DNA of 32,000 nucleotides, from NCBI RefSeq assembly GCF_000017945.1, contig NC_009776.1, positions 1,110,001-1,142,000 on the forward strand, in the 5' to 3' direction. This DNA comes from Ignicoccus hospitalis KIN4/I (lineage in GTDB: Archaea > Thermoproteota > Thermoprotei_A > Sulfolobales > Ignicoccaceae). The translations under genes and the position numbers were made by a program. Below are positions 9,638 to 18,576 of this stretch, piece after piece (position 1 is the stretch's first letter; each line of letters starts with the position of its first letter). The notes beneath the pieces were generated by a model. The model saw only the letters and a list, made by a program, of their open reading frames with translations, ran no database searches and was not told where the DNA came from.

Positions 9638-10192
9638 ATGTCTCTCGTAGAGATCAGGTGGCACGGGAGGGGCGGCCAAGGGGCCGTGACGGCCTCCGAG
9701 ATAGTTGCTAAGGCCGCTATAGCCCAAGGGAAGTACGCCCAAGCGTTCCCGTCCTTCGGAGTGGAGAGGAGGGGCGCGCCGGTGGAGGCGTTCACCAGGA
9801 TAGACGAGAAACCGATATACATTAGGTCTAAGATATATGAACCAGACATCATAGTCGTGCTCGATCCGTCCCTCCTCGGCCCCAAGCTGGCCGAGGGGTT
9901 GAAGGAAGGAGGCATGGCTATTGTAAACACCGAAAAGACCCCGGACGAGGTGAGGAAGCTCCTAGGGAGGGAAGACGTTAAGGTAGCTGTGGTGAACGCC
10001 ACTAAGATAGCCCTAGAGACCTTAAAGAGGCCGATAGTCAATACTGCGATACTGGGAGCCTTCGCTAAGGCTACCGGACTCGTTGACTTAGACGCCCTAT
10101 TGGAGGCGGTTAAGGAAAAAGTTCCCCCCAGAACGGTGGAGGCGAACTTGGAAGCCGTCAGGAGGGCCTATGAGGAGGTGGTCATGGGATGA
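9638..10192 (+). CDS. porG: Pyruvate/2-oxoacid:ferredoxin oxidoreductase, gamma subunit
   Basis: [22 protein letters not shown]...[18 protein letters not shown]; the ORF opens at GTG 9623 but the TATA (TTTAAAAC, ~9596-9603) predicts TSS ~9623, favouring ATG 9638. Confidence 0.93.
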   Translation: MSLVEIRWHGRGGQGAVTASEIVAKAAIAQGKYAQAFPSFGVERRGAPVEAFTRIDEKPIYIRSKIYEPDIIVVLDPSLLGPKLAEGLKEGGMAIVNTEKTPDEVRKLLGREDVKVAVVNATKIALETLKRPIVNTAILGAFAKATGLVDLDALLEAVKEKVPPRTVEANLEAVRRAYEEVVMG

Positions 10193-10497
10193 TGGAGGAG
10201 AGGCTTCCCGGTTGGAAGGAGCTCCCAGAAGGGGCCGTGGTAAGGGACGCGGGCAACACCGAAACCATAGACGTGAGCGGCTGGAGGGTCTTCAAGCCCG
10301 TAATAATTGACGAGAAGTGCACGAGGTGTAGGCTGTGTTGGATCTACTGTCCCGACGGCGCGATAATAGAGGTCATCGACGAGAAGGCTAAGATGGGGAA
10401 GAGGTACGAGGTAGACTACATGCACTGTAAGGGTTGTGGTATTTGTTACGCCGAATGTCCGGTTAACGCGATCGAATGGGTCCCGGAGGAGAGGTGA
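10189..10497 (+). CDS. porD: Pyruvate/2-oxoacid:ferredoxin oxidoreductase, delta subunit (2x[4Fe-4S] ferredoxin)
   Basis: Two CxxCxxCxxxCP motifs: [12 protein letters not shown] and [12 protein letters not shown]; 4-nt ATGA overlap with porG. Confidence 0.95.
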   Translation: MMEERLPGWKELPEGAVVRDAGNTETIDVSGWRVFKPVIIDEKCTRCRLCWIYCPDGAIIEVIDEKAKMGKRYEVDYMHCKGCGICYAECPVNAIEWVPEER

Positions 10498-11684
10498 GAG
10501 CCGTGCCCAGGTTGGCCCTAACCACTAACTACGCCGTAGCCCACGCCGCGAAGGACTCGGACGTGGACGTAGTCGCGGCTTACCCCATAACCCCCTCCAC
10601 GCCGGCCGCGGAGAAGCTTGCGGAGTTCGTAGCTAACGGCGAGATGGACGCGGAGTACATACACGTGGAGTCCGAGCACTCCGCGGCCTCGGCTCTGGTG
10701 GGCGCCTCCGCGACCGGAGCTAGGAGCTTCACCGTAACCGCTAGCCAAGGCTTGGTGTACATGGCAGAAGTGTTATACATAGCTTCCGGCCTGAGGCTGC
10801 CTATAGTGCTCGGCGTGGCCTCTAGGGCCTTGAGCGCGCCCCTGAGCATCTGGGGCGACATGCACGACATAGCAGTGTTGAGGGACGCCGGCATAGTGAC
10901 CTACTTCGTCAGCTCCGCGCAAGAGGCTTACGACACCGTAATACAAGCGTTCAAGGTCGCTGAGGACCCCAGGGTGCACTTGCCGGCGATAGTGGACTAC
11001 GACGGCTTCGTGCTGAGCCACGTGACCGAGCCCGTAGAGACCTTGGAGAAGGAAGAGGTGTTGAAGTACATACCTAAGAAGATAACGTGGAACACGCTGA
11101 ACCCCAAGCACCCCATATCCATGGGTACAGTCGGCGATCCCGACTGGTACTACGAGTTCAAGTACCAGCAACAAGTAGCCATGGAGAACGCGCTAAAGGT
11201 CGCGGAGGAGGCGGACAAGGAGTTCGGCAAGGCCTTCGGGAGGAGCTACGGAATAGTTGAGCCCTTCATGATGGACGACGCGGAGGTGGCTGTAATCGCC
11301 TACGGGGCCCACGCCGGAACGGCGAAGGTAGCCGTGGAGAGGGCGAGGAAGGAGGGCAAGAAGGTCGGCCTGATAAGGTTGAGGCTCTGGAGACCCTTCC
11401 CAGTGCCTCACATGAGGAAGCTGCTGGATAACGTGAGCGTAGTGGGCGTCCTGGACAGAGCTATGAGCCTCGGCGCGCCGCGCCAAGGCCCGGTAGCGCT
11501 GGACGTAATGGCCATGTACGCCAGCGACCCTCAGAACGCCCCGAAGATGGCGAGCTACACCATAGGCATAGGCCAGAGGGACGTGAGGGTTGAAGACATA
11601 CTGACCGTAATAGACCAGCTGCTGGAGTTCGCGAAGGGCAAGGAGGTCCCAGAGAAGACCGTCCCGATAGGACTAAGAGAGTAA
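10494..11684 (+). CDS. porA: Pyruvate/2-oxoacid:ferredoxin oxidoreductase, alpha subunit
   Basis: VAAYPITPSTPAAEKLAEFVANGEMDAEYIHVESEHSAASALVGASATGARSFTVTASQGL; GTGA overlap start at 10494 (ORF track start 10476). Confidence 0.95.
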   Translation: MRAVPRLALTTNYAVAHAAKDSDVDVVAAYPITPSTPAAEKLAEFVANGEMDAEYIHVESEHSAASALVGASATGARSFTVTASQGLVYMAEVLYIASGLRLPIVLGVASRALSAPLSIWGDMHDIAVLRDAGIVTYFVSSAQEAYDTVIQAFKVAEDPRVHLPAIVDYDGFVLSHVTEPVETLEKEEVLKYIPKKITWNTLNPKHPISMGTVGDPDWYYEFKYQQQVAMENALKVAEEADKEFGKAFGRSYGIVEPFMMDDAEVAVIAYGAHAGTAKVAVERARKEGKKVGLIRLRLWRPFPVPHMRKLLDNVSVVGVLDRAMSLGAPRQGPVALDVMAMYASDPQNAPKMASYTIGIGQRDVRVEDILTVIDQLLEFAKGKEVPEKTVPIGLRE

Positions 11685-11741
11685 ACTTTTTATTTGTAAA
11701 ATCCAAAATGGTTAAGGTTCGCTCGTTGGGGGTGAGGAGTT

Positions 11742-12710
11742 ATGGCCCTTAAGGAAGTAGGCCCCATGCAAGAAATTAGGAACCACATGCAAATTCCGAG
11801 GGACGAATACATAGCTGGCGGCCACTCCGCTTGCCAAGGCTGTGGCCACTTCGTGATTATAAGGCACTTGCTAAAGGCAGCTGGTCCCAACACCATAGTA
11901 GTTAACCCGACGGGCTGCGTGGAAGTAGTTACTACTGTGTTCCCCTACAGCTCTTGGAAGGTGCCGTGGATCCACGTAGCCTTCGAGAACGGGGGAGCGG
12001 TGGCCTCGGGAGTAGAGGCCGCCGTGAAGGTGCTTCAGAGGAAGGGCGTCCTCCCCAAGGACGAGCAAATCAACGTAGTGGTCTTCGCGGGCGACGGGGG
12101 TACTGTTGACATAGGCTTCCAGTCGCTCTCCGGCATGTTGGAGAGGGGCCACAAAGTAGTATACGTCCTCTTGGACAACGAAGCTTACATGAACACCGGC
12201 ATTCAGAGGTCCGGCTCTACGCCCTTCGGCGCTTGGACTACCACGACGCCCGTGGGGAAGAGGTGGAAGGGCGAGTGGAGGGTTAGGAAGGACATGATCC
12301 AGATAGCAGTGGCCCACCACATACCGTACGCTGCCACGATAAACCCCGCTTACCCGGTGGACATGTATAACAAGATGGTAAAGGCCCTTAAGGCGGAAGG
12401 GCCGGCGTTCCTACACGCCTACAGCCCGTGCCCCACCGGGTGGAGGTTCGACCCGGCCAAGACCATAGAGGTGGCCAGGCTGGCGGTGCTCACAGGCTAC
12501 TGGGTGCTGTACGAGTACGACCACGGCCAGTACAAAGTAAACGTCCCGGTGTTGAAGAGGAAGCCGATCAGAGAGTTCATAAAGATCCAAGGGAGATTTA
12601 GGCACATGACTGAGGAACAAATAAAGAAGCTGCAAGAGATTGTAGACGAGTACGTGGAGACCATAAACAAGTTGGTGGGTAAGACCGTAATAGGGCCCGT
12701 GGCGGAGTGA
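11742..12710 (+). CDS. porB: Pyruvate/2-oxoacid:ferredoxin oxidoreductase, beta subunit (TPP-binding)
   Basis: GHSACQGCGHFVIIRHLL, VFAGDGGTVDIGFQSLSGMLERGHKVVYVLLDNEAYMNTGIQRSGSTPFGAWTTTTPVGK. Confidence 0.95.
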   Translation: MALKEVGPMQEIRNHMQIPRDEYIAGGHSACQGCGHFVIIRHLLKAAGPNTIVVNPTGCVEVVTTVFPYSSWKVPWIHVAFENGGAVASGVEAAVKVLQRKGVLPKDEQINVVVFAGDGGTVDIGFQSLSGMLERGHKVVYVLLDNEAYMNTGIQRSGSTPFGAWTTTTPVGKRWKGEWRVRKDMIQIAVAHHIPYAATINPAYPVDMYNKMVKALKAEGPAFLHAYSPCPTGWRFDPAKTIEVARLAVLTGYWVLYEYDHGQYKVNVPVLKRKPIREFIKIQGRFRHMTEEQIKKLQEIVDEYVETINKLVGKTVIGPVAE

Positions 12711-12711
12711 G

Positions 12712-13749
12712 TCAGACGGCGAAGGGGTCCCTAACTATTTCTCTCAATAAAGACGTCGCGTAGTAGCCCCTAGGCAACTTGAAGATAAGCGTCACCCTCC
12801 CGTCCCCCCTAGCAAAGCTCTTCACGTAGGTCTCGTAACAAGGTCGCCTAGGGGCCGCCCTCAGGCCGAACTTTTTGAAGAGCTCCAAGGTAACCCCTTC
12901 CTCCTCTAAGAGCTCTTCGTAGCCCTCCGCCCCGGGCCCGGGAAGGGCTTCGGGGCCCTCACAAGGGTCGTCGAACTCGGAGAGCCTCTTGTTGTACAGG
13001 TAGGACTGGTAGGCGTGGAGGAAGAGCTCCGTCAAGCCGCTCTTCTTCAAGGCCCTCTTGGGGGAGCTCCCCCTCAAGAGCTCGAAGGCCACCCTCCTCT
13101 CAACGTCCATGAACTTGGGGGCCCTCAAGTAAGCGCGCGGCCCCTCAGAATAATACTCTAGCCTAACCCTCCTGGCCGCCTCCGACTCCCACGGGGTGGG
13201 CTCGCCCAAGAGGGCCTCCACCGCCTCCTCCCACCTCTCCAAGAGGATCATCTTGCCCACCACGTGGGAGACCGGCCTAGCGGTGCCGAAGCGCTGGTAC
13301 GAGAAGTAGCCCGGGACCTTCACTTTCCCTTCGAGCGAGTGTGGTTTGGAGCACTGAAGGTCTATCACGAACGCGTTGCCCCACATGCGGGCCTTGTTGA
13401 TTGAGCCCCTGCCCAACGGAGTCAAGACCAGGCAGCCCTTCCTAAGCCTCAGCTGAAGGCCTTCGCTGACGACGTCCGAGCTCAAGAGCTGTAACGTAAC
13501 GCCGTTAGCGTCCTTGAGGCCTAAGTGGTACCACTTACCGCCCAAGCGCCTCCTAATTTCCCGGAGGGCGTGGATGGTGTCTATCCCCTCCTTGAGGAGT
13601 AGGTATACGTAGGAGGGGCCCGGGGAGGGCTCCGAGAGCTCTATGACCCGGAACCCCTTGGGCCTGAGGACCCTTCCCTCGCAAGCTTCTAAATTTAGGA
13701 AATACTTCGTCATACCGACGTAATAGTCTATGGGGTGCGGGCGCCTCAT
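12712..13749 (-). CDS. truD: tRNA pseudouridine(13) synthase TruD
   Basis: 345 aa; [14 protein letters not shown] motif, [42 protein letters not shown]. Confidence 0.9.
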   Translation of the reverse strand: MRRPHPIDYYVGMTKYFLNLEACEGRVLRPKGFRVIELSEPSPGPSYVYLLLKEGIDTIHALREIRRRLGGKWYHLGLKDANGVTLQLLSSDVVSEGLQLRLRKGCLVLTPLGRGSINKARMWGNAFVIDLQCSKPHSLEGKVKVPGYFSYQRFGTARPVSHVVGKMILLERWEEAVEALLGEPTPWESEAARRVRLEYYSEGPRAYLRAPKFMDVERRVAFELLRGSSPKRALKKSGLTELFLHAYQSYLYNKRLSEFDDPCEGPEALPGPGAEGYEELLEEEGVTLELFKKFGLRAAPRRPCYETYVKSFARGDGRVTLIFKLPRGYYATSLLREIVRDPFAV

Positions 13750-14057
13750 AGGTAAGCTCCGAGGGACGGGGGTACCGGCAGCTCCGGCTTTACTTCCTCC
13801 TTCATGAACTCCTCCAAGCCCGCTTGCCTTATCGCCTCGAGCACCTTCGCGTCGTCGGCGCCCTTCTCTATCTCCACCTTCTTGTCCAAGGGCTCCAAGT
13901 GCTTTATGTTCATCCTCCTCCTCTTGACGCCGTTAAGCTCCTTGGGGCCGGTTACCAACACGAACTTGTCGTCTATCAAGTCTACTATGACACACTTCTT
14001 ACCGGCCCTCCTGCCGGCTATTATTACGCATACCCTACCGACCTCGATCGCCGGCAT
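13746..14057 (-). CDS. rpl14e: 50S ribosomal protein L14e
   Basis: [33 protein letters not shown]...[18 protein letters not shown]; ATGA overlap with truD. Confidence 0.95.
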   Translation of the reverse strand: MPAIEVGRVCVIIAGRRAGKKCVIVDLIDDKFVLVTGPKELNGVKRRRMNIKHLEPLDKKVEIEKGADDAKVLEAIRQAGLEEFMKEEVKPELPVPPSLGAYL

Positions 14058-14127
14058 GTAACTTCGACCCCGGCTGCGCTAGCTTGCAAGGTCTTTAAGG
14101 GTTGCCGTGAGGGCGTTCGGGAGCCTC

Positions 14128-15192
14128 ATGGCGCTCGAAGCCTTGGCACTCGTCGCGCTCGTCGCGGCCTCAGTGGTCCCCTACTTCTTGAACAAGTCGA
14201 GCGAGAGGCTGTTCACCCCCTTCCCCGGCTTCGTGGCACTGCGCTTCCCCGTGGAGGGCAAGCCCACCCAAGGCAAGTCTAGAATAGTTGAAGCGTCTTT
14301 GGACTTAGCAATCGTCATCACAGTAATACTAATGCTCATCGGATATACGTTAATCGTACGGACGCTCGTCCCGAAGTCCCCGGCGGGGGGCGCGTTCGTC
14401 CCCTTGATACCTGGGGTCACGGTGCCGGTCAACCTACTGGTGAGTTTAATATGGATAATAGCTATTGCGGTCGTCGTACACGAGCTCTTCCACTACTTGG
14501 CGTGCGTGTGGCAAGGGATAAGGGTGAGGAGCGCCGGAGTGGGGCTGCTGCTCTTCTTTCCAATAGCCTTCGTGGAGCCGGACGAGGAAAACTTGATGAG
14601 GAGCCCTCCGAGGGCCAGGGCACGGGTCTACTCCGCCGGCCCCGCGGCCAACGGAGTTCTCGCCGCCTTGGCGCTAGTCCTTATAACTGTATTGATTGAA
14701 AAGGGAGTGTACGTAATAGACGTGGAAGAGGGCAGTCCCGCGTGGGCGGCTGGGATAAAGAAGGGCGACGTAATAATTGAAGTTAACGGCCAGAGGGTGA
14801 ACAACCTAATAGACCTTAGGAAAGCCATCTCTTCCGGCGAACTGCTGAAGGTCGTGGTCTTGAGGGGGGAGGAGAAGGTCACGTTGCTCGTGAACAAGGA
14901 CGGGAGGGAGAGGATAGGAGTCTACGTGCTGCCTTGGGTGCCCAAGGGCCCCTTGAGGGGCCTCCCCCCAGAAGAGGCCGCGAAGGCTGTACAAACGCTC
15001 TTCTGGACCCACGGGGTCAACTTAGGCCTTGGAGTGGTGAACGCGCTACCGATGTTCATAACTGACGGAGGGAAGTTGGTTTCCGAGGTAAAAAGGGTTA
15101 GGAGGCTTTCCTCCGTAGCGGACGCGTTCCAATTGATCACTGTAATACTGTTCGTCCACGCGTTGGTCGGATCCCTCAGGCCCTTAGCTTGA
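14128..15192 (+). CDS. Site-2 protease-like M50 zinc metalloprotease with PDZ domain
   Basis: Multiple TM segments, VVVHELFHYLAC (HExxH), PDZ segment VEEGSPAWAAGIKKGDVIIEVNGQRVNNLIDLRKAI; start ATG 14128 chosen from TATA spacing (ORF track start GTG 14107). Confidence 0.88.
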   Translation: MALEALALVALVAASVVPYFLNKSSERLFTPFPGFVALRFPVEGKPTQGKSRIVEASLDLAIVITVILMLIGYTLIVRTLVPKSPAGGAFVPLIPGVTVPVNLLVSLIWIIAIAVVVHELFHYLACVWQGIRVRSAGVGLLLFFPIAFVEPDEENLMRSPPRARARVYSAGPAANGVLAALALVLITVLIEKGVYVIDVEEGSPAWAAGIKKGDVIIEVNGQRVNNLIDLRKAISSGELLKVVVLRGEEKVTLLVNKDGRERIGVYVLPWVPKGPLRGLPPEEAAKAVQTLFWTHGVNLGLGVVNALPMFITDGGKLVSEVKRVRRLSSVADAFQLITVILFVHALVGSLRPLA

Positions 15193-16119
15193 GACGGCCT
15201 CCTCGTATACCCTCTTTATGGCCTCGGCCGCCCTCTTCAGCCTCTCCCTCTCCTCCTCGTTGAGCAGCTGGGGCAGCGGGACCAGCCTCCCGGAGATCTT
15301 GGTGGGAACCGAGACCGCCACCCTCCCCACTCCGGGGACCTCTTGAACCACGGAGACCGGTATTATTCTGCCCTCGTTGGCCAAGTGCGACACGACTATC
15401 TCTTGGAACGTCGCCGCGGGGCCCCATATGGTCGCCCCCTGTTTGGCAATGATCGTCGCCGCGACCTCCTTCACGTACTCCTCTATCCTCGACCTGCTCA
15501 AGTCCAGCCCTTTTTCTTTTATGTACTCATCAATGGGTACGCCCTTCACTGTGACTGTACTCCAAGCCACGAAGGCCTCCTCTCCGTGTTCTCCGACCAC
15601 GTAGCCGTCTATGGCGGCTATCGGCTCGTTAAGCAGCTCGCTGACCGCGCTCCTAAACCTATAGGTGTCCAAGCTGGTCCCGGTGCCTATCACGGTTCCC
15701 TTGTTACCTATTACGTCGCTCAGTATCATGGTCATAACGTCGACGGGGTTGGTGATTACCATGTAGAAAGCTCCGGGGTTCCTGTCCCTAAGCTTGTCGC
15801 CTATATCCCTTATTATTTGAGCATTGACCTTTGCTAAGTCTCTTCTGCTCATATCGGCCTTCCTAGGCTTTCCGGCAGTTATTACGATCGCGTCCGCGTT
15901 CTCCACTTTGGACACGTCGTCGTAGGCCTCCACTTGAATGCTCCTCCGGAAGACCGCTGCGGCGTGTTTGATGTCTTCCATGACGCCCTTGCTGAGGCCC
16001 GGAACGGCGTCGACCAAGACCATCCGGGCGACGCCGGGCACTATAGCCATAGTATAAGCGAAGGTCGCGCCTACCCTCCCGGTTCCTATAACGGCTACCT
16101 TGTACGGGACCCTTGCCAA
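15184..16119 (-). CDS. mdh: Malate dehydrogenase (L-lactate/malate dehydrogenase family)
   Basis: KVAVIGTGRVGATFAYTM, DAVPGLSKGVMEDIKHA, ITAGKPRKADMSRRDL, VITNPVDVMT, VVGEHGEEAFVAWS. 9-nt convergent overlap with the M50 gene. Confidence 0.93.
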   Translation of the reverse strand: MARVPYKVAVIGTGRVGATFAYTMAIVPGVARMVLVDAVPGLSKGVMEDIKHAAAVFRRSIQVEAYDDVSKVENADAIVITAGKPRKADMSRRDLAKVNAQIIRDIGDKLRDRNPGAFYMVITNPVDVMTMILSDVIGNKGTVIGTGTSLDTYRFRSAVSELLNEPIAAIDGYVVGEHGEEAFVAWSTVTVKGVPIDEYIKEKGLDLSRSRIEEYVKEVAATIIAKQGATIWGPAATFQEIVVSHLANEGRIIPVSVVQEVPGVGRVAVSVPTKISGRLVPLPQLLNEEERERLKRAAEAIKRVYEEAVSS

Positions 16120-16308
16120 CTTGCTCGCCCGGAAAGGGAGGCTCGAGTCAGCTTATACGAGTTTTACAAGTATATACAAGGCCGGGTAGGGGTGTTCGAC
16201 CCCTACCGGCTCCCGGCCTTCCCCGACCGCCCTGCGACGGCCTCGGGCCGGTCCATCCTGGGGGCGAGGAACCTTCAAGGAGGGGACAAAAAAGGAGTGC
16301 GGGCGCCG

Positions 16309-16926
16309 ATGATGAGTGGCGACGGCTCGAGCGGTGAAGAGAGGATACCTCTCAGAGGCCCCTTCGTGGAGAGCTGGGTGAGGGGGGAGAGGGCAGTCGA
16401 GCTCGTCAAGGCCTTCTACTTGGGCTGTCTGTGCGAGGGCTGCTCCCTCTGTCCCCCGAGGGTTACCGTCAAGGGTTGGAAGGGGGTGAAGAGGAAGGCG
16501 ATAATCTTCGCCTTGCCGGGGGAGAGGGAGGAGTTCAGGGCCGCCGCGAGGCACAGGTACGTGGACGGGATATCGTTCGGCAAGAGGACCTTGAGGTACT
16601 TCGACGACAGCCAAGCCAAGCTCATGTTCCAGTACGGCAAGGTGGGCGAGGTGAGGGTCCGCGAGGTCATAAATCACCCCAAGAGCCTAAACGACTTGAA
16701 GTTTGTGATAAACTTAGCGTTGAACAAGGAGGTCCCCATGACCTTCACTTGCGCGCCGGAGAGCCCCTTGGAGGTCTGCCACCCCTTCCAAGTGCTTTCG
16801 CTGATAGAAGCTCTGGGCTACCAAGAGGAGGACGTCAAGGCCTTGTGGGGCTTGGGGTCAAATTTCTTAATCAGTTTGGTGGAGGCCAAGCTGGGGATGA
16901 GGACGGTGTTAAGAGGCGAAGGGTGA
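16309..16926 (+). CDS. Conserved-type hypothetical protein with a Cys cluster (CLCEGCSLC)
   Basis: ORF from tandem ATGs at 16309/16312 to 16926; 205 aa, MMSGDGSSGEERIPLRGPFVESWVRGERAVELVKAFYLGCLCEGCSLCPPRVTV. Sequence upstream of 16309 in the same frame (to 15934) looks non-coding and overlaps mdh. Confidence 0.75.
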   Translation: MMSGDGSSGEERIPLRGPFVESWVRGERAVELVKAFYLGCLCEGCSLCPPRVTVKGWKGVKRKAIIFALPGEREEFRAAARHRYVDGISFGKRTLRYFDDSQAKLMFQYGKVGEVRVREVINHPKSLNDLKFVINLALNKEVPMTFTCAPESPLEVCHPFQVLSLIEALGYQEEDVKALWGLGSNFLISLVEAKLGMRTVLRGEG

Positions 16927-16946
16927 GCTAGAACCCACGCCCCGAC

Positions 16947-18062
16947 TCAGCCCAAGTAGACGAAGGCGGTCTTCAAATAGTCCTCCAAGCCCATCCGGGT
17001 GCTGTGGTCCGGGGCGGAGCCCCTCAACTCTAGTATTCTGTACTTGGGGGCCAAGGCTTGGTGGACGGCCCTCACGAAAGTCTCCCTATCCATGCTCCGC
17101 GAGCAAGAGGAGAGCACGGCTAGGACCTCTATTATCGACCCCGCGCCGGAGTAAGCCCTCACGTACCTAACGTAACCGTCCTTGTAGTCGTCCATTAAGG
17201 CCGGTGGGTCTACGCTGCCCACTTCGAAAGACTTTCCCCTCTTAATACTCCTCGCGAAGAACTTCCAAGCGTCCTCCCTAACTACCCTCACCTTCCCCTC
17301 GTCGAAGTTGTTCAGCCTCAAGTTCTCCCTCAGAACCCTCAAAGCCCAAGGGTCCTCGTCCACGAAGGTTACTTCCCTCGCGCCGGCCTTCAAGGCGTGG
17401 AGGCCGAAGCCGCCGGTGTAGGAGAAGGCGTCCAAGAACTTAGAGCCGGAAGAGAACCTCTCCGCGTAAACCCGGTTCTCCCTCTGGTCCAAGTAGAGCC
17501 CGGTCTTCTGCCCCTCTATGCTCACCTTGAACTTCACCCCCTCCTCGTCCACCACGGTCTCCTTCTTATTGCCTATCAAGAGGCCCTCCCTAGGGGGCAA
17601 GCCCACCTTGGCCCTGACCCTCTGGGAGCTCTTCTCGGCCACCGCCTCCGCCCCGGTCACGTCCTTCACTATCTTCGCTATGGTCATTATGTGCTTGTCT
17701 ATAGCTAGGGAGGAGGACTGGAGGACGGCCAAATCCTTGTAGACGTCAACTATTAGGCCGGGGAAGGAGTCGCCGTCCCCGTTAATCAAGCGGTAAGCCT
17801 CGTAGCGGAGGAGGGACTTGGCCTCGAAGGCCTTCTCTATAACTTCTCTAAAAGCCTCCTCCGCGCTGTCCGGGCAAGGCTCGAAGGAGATCACCCTAAC
17901 TCCTATCTTGTCTAAGAGGCCGCACGCCAAGTCCTCCTCGCCGTCGCTCAAGGTGACCAAGGCCCCGACGGGCGCCGGCGAGCCCTTGAGCCACCTCCTA
18001 TAGATTATCATTTCCCCTCTTTCCAAAAGTTTCGGACCTTCCCCCACCACTCTAATCCGCAT
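16947..18062 (-). CDS. PUA-domain class I SAM-dependent rRNA methyltransferase (RlmI-like)
   Basis: 371 aa; PUA-like N-terminus, GLYLDQRENR, FLDAFSYTGGFGLHALKAGAREVTFVDED, VDPPALM, AVLSSCSRSMD. Confidence 0.9.
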   Translation of the reverse strand: MRIRVVGEGPKLLERGEMIIYRRWLKGSPAPVGALVTLSDGEEDLACGLLDKIGVRVISFEPCPDSAEEAFREVIEKAFEAKSLLRYEAYRLINGDGDSFPGLIVDVYKDLAVLQSSSLAIDKHIMTIAKIVKDVTGAEAVAEKSSQRVRAKVGLPPREGLLIGNKKETVVDEEGVKFKVSIEGQKTGLYLDQRENRVYAERFSSGSKFLDAFSYTGGFGLHALKAGAREVTFVDEDPWALRVLRENLRLNNFDEGKVRVVREDAWKFFARSIKRGKSFEVGSVDPPALMDDYKDGYVRYVRAYSGAGSIIEVLAVLSSCSRSMDRETFVRAVHQALAPKYRILELRGSAPDHSTRMGLEDYLKTAFVYLG

Positions 18063-18135
18063 CCTTCAGACCTAGTGAGAGGCCGGCGGTTAGGATTTCA
18101 AAAACGGAACCGTTCGGTATTACCAGTTTAACAAG

Positions 18136-18143
18136 CTTTATTA
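18136..18143 (+). promoter_or_regulatory. TATA box for the outer-membrane protein gene
   Basis: CTTTATTA centred ~18140 in an AT-rich stretch; predicts TSS ~18166, placing ATG 18184 rather than GTG 18160 as start, with SD-like GAGGTGGAGG in between. Confidence 0.6.
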
Positions 18144-18183
18144 GCCGGTCATCTCTAGTGTGGAAGCGAGAGAGGTGGAGGAA

Positions 18184-18417
18184 ATGAGGAGGAGCAGGTT
18201 GTTGACCCTGGGCGGTATCGGCTACACCGCCGTGATCGCGTTGGCGGCGCTCGTCCTCGTAATGGGCGCCCTCGGGCTCGTGCTCAAGGTGGCCGCCGCG
18301 GCCGGCGCGCTGCCTTCCGAGGTCGCCAAGGTCGCTAACGCGCTGCCCGGCCTGAAGGCCTCGGTCGATGCGAACCCCGCCGCTGGCTCCCTCAGCTCCG
18401 TATCCGTCAGCACGTAA
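18184..18417 (+). CDS. ihomp1: Ihomp1/Imp1227-type small alpha-helical outer-membrane pore protein precursor
   Basis: 77 aa from ATG 18184 (85 aa from GTG 18160): MRRSRLLTLGGIGYTAVIALAALVLVMGALGLVLKVAAAAGALPSEVAKVANALPGLKASVDANPAAGSLSSVSVST. Cleavage between the two Gly of LTLG|GIGY leaves 67 residues, hand-calculated ~6.23 kDa, the mass I recall being reported for mature Imp1227. Confidence 0.82.
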   Translation: MRRSRLLTLGGIGYTAVIALAALVLVMGALGLVLKVAAAAGALPSEVAKVANALPGLKASVDANPAAGSLSSVSVST

Positions 18418-18423
18418 ATTCTA

Positions 18424-18486
18424 GAATACCCTCCTTTTTTAGATGCGTCCAAGACGCTTACCCTACGCTCGGCGTTTTAGGTATTC
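18424..18486 (+). terminator. Structured 3' region after ihomp1: T6 tract and nested inverted repeats
   Basis: GAATACC (18424-18430) pairs with GGTATTC (18480-18486), enclosing TTTTTT (18435-18440), hairpin GCGTC-CAA-GACGC (18445-18457) and ACGC-TCG-GCGT just downstream. Confidence 0.45.
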
Positions 18487-18576
18487 TTATACTTCCTCCC
18501 CTTAAGCTCTATGGGGCGCATAAGGCCCTAACAAGCGATATAACCTCCGCCCTCTAGCCCCACCGGGTTCCCACAC

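Noticed and set aside
6118-9742. A chain of antisense ORFs (6118..6573, 6574..6849, 7009..7230, 7237..7566, 7624..8040, 8236..8721, 9166..9363 minus) encoding Val/Thr-rich peptides
   Set aside because: They are reverse-complement shadows of the Thr/Val codon runs (ACN/GTN) of the sense gene, are interrupted by stops, and lack start signals. The continuous sense ORF explains them.
16181-16211. Possible split-tRNA half (T-arm-like GGGGTGTTCGACCCC)
   Set aside because: The loop resembles a T-loop core but there is no acceptor stem, CCA, or matching 5' half in the window; a simple hairpin is the safer reading.
15934-16308. Long N-terminal extension of the 15934..16926 ORF
   Set aside because: It runs antisense through the 5' part of mdh; the tandem ATG at 16309/16312 is a more reasonable start.
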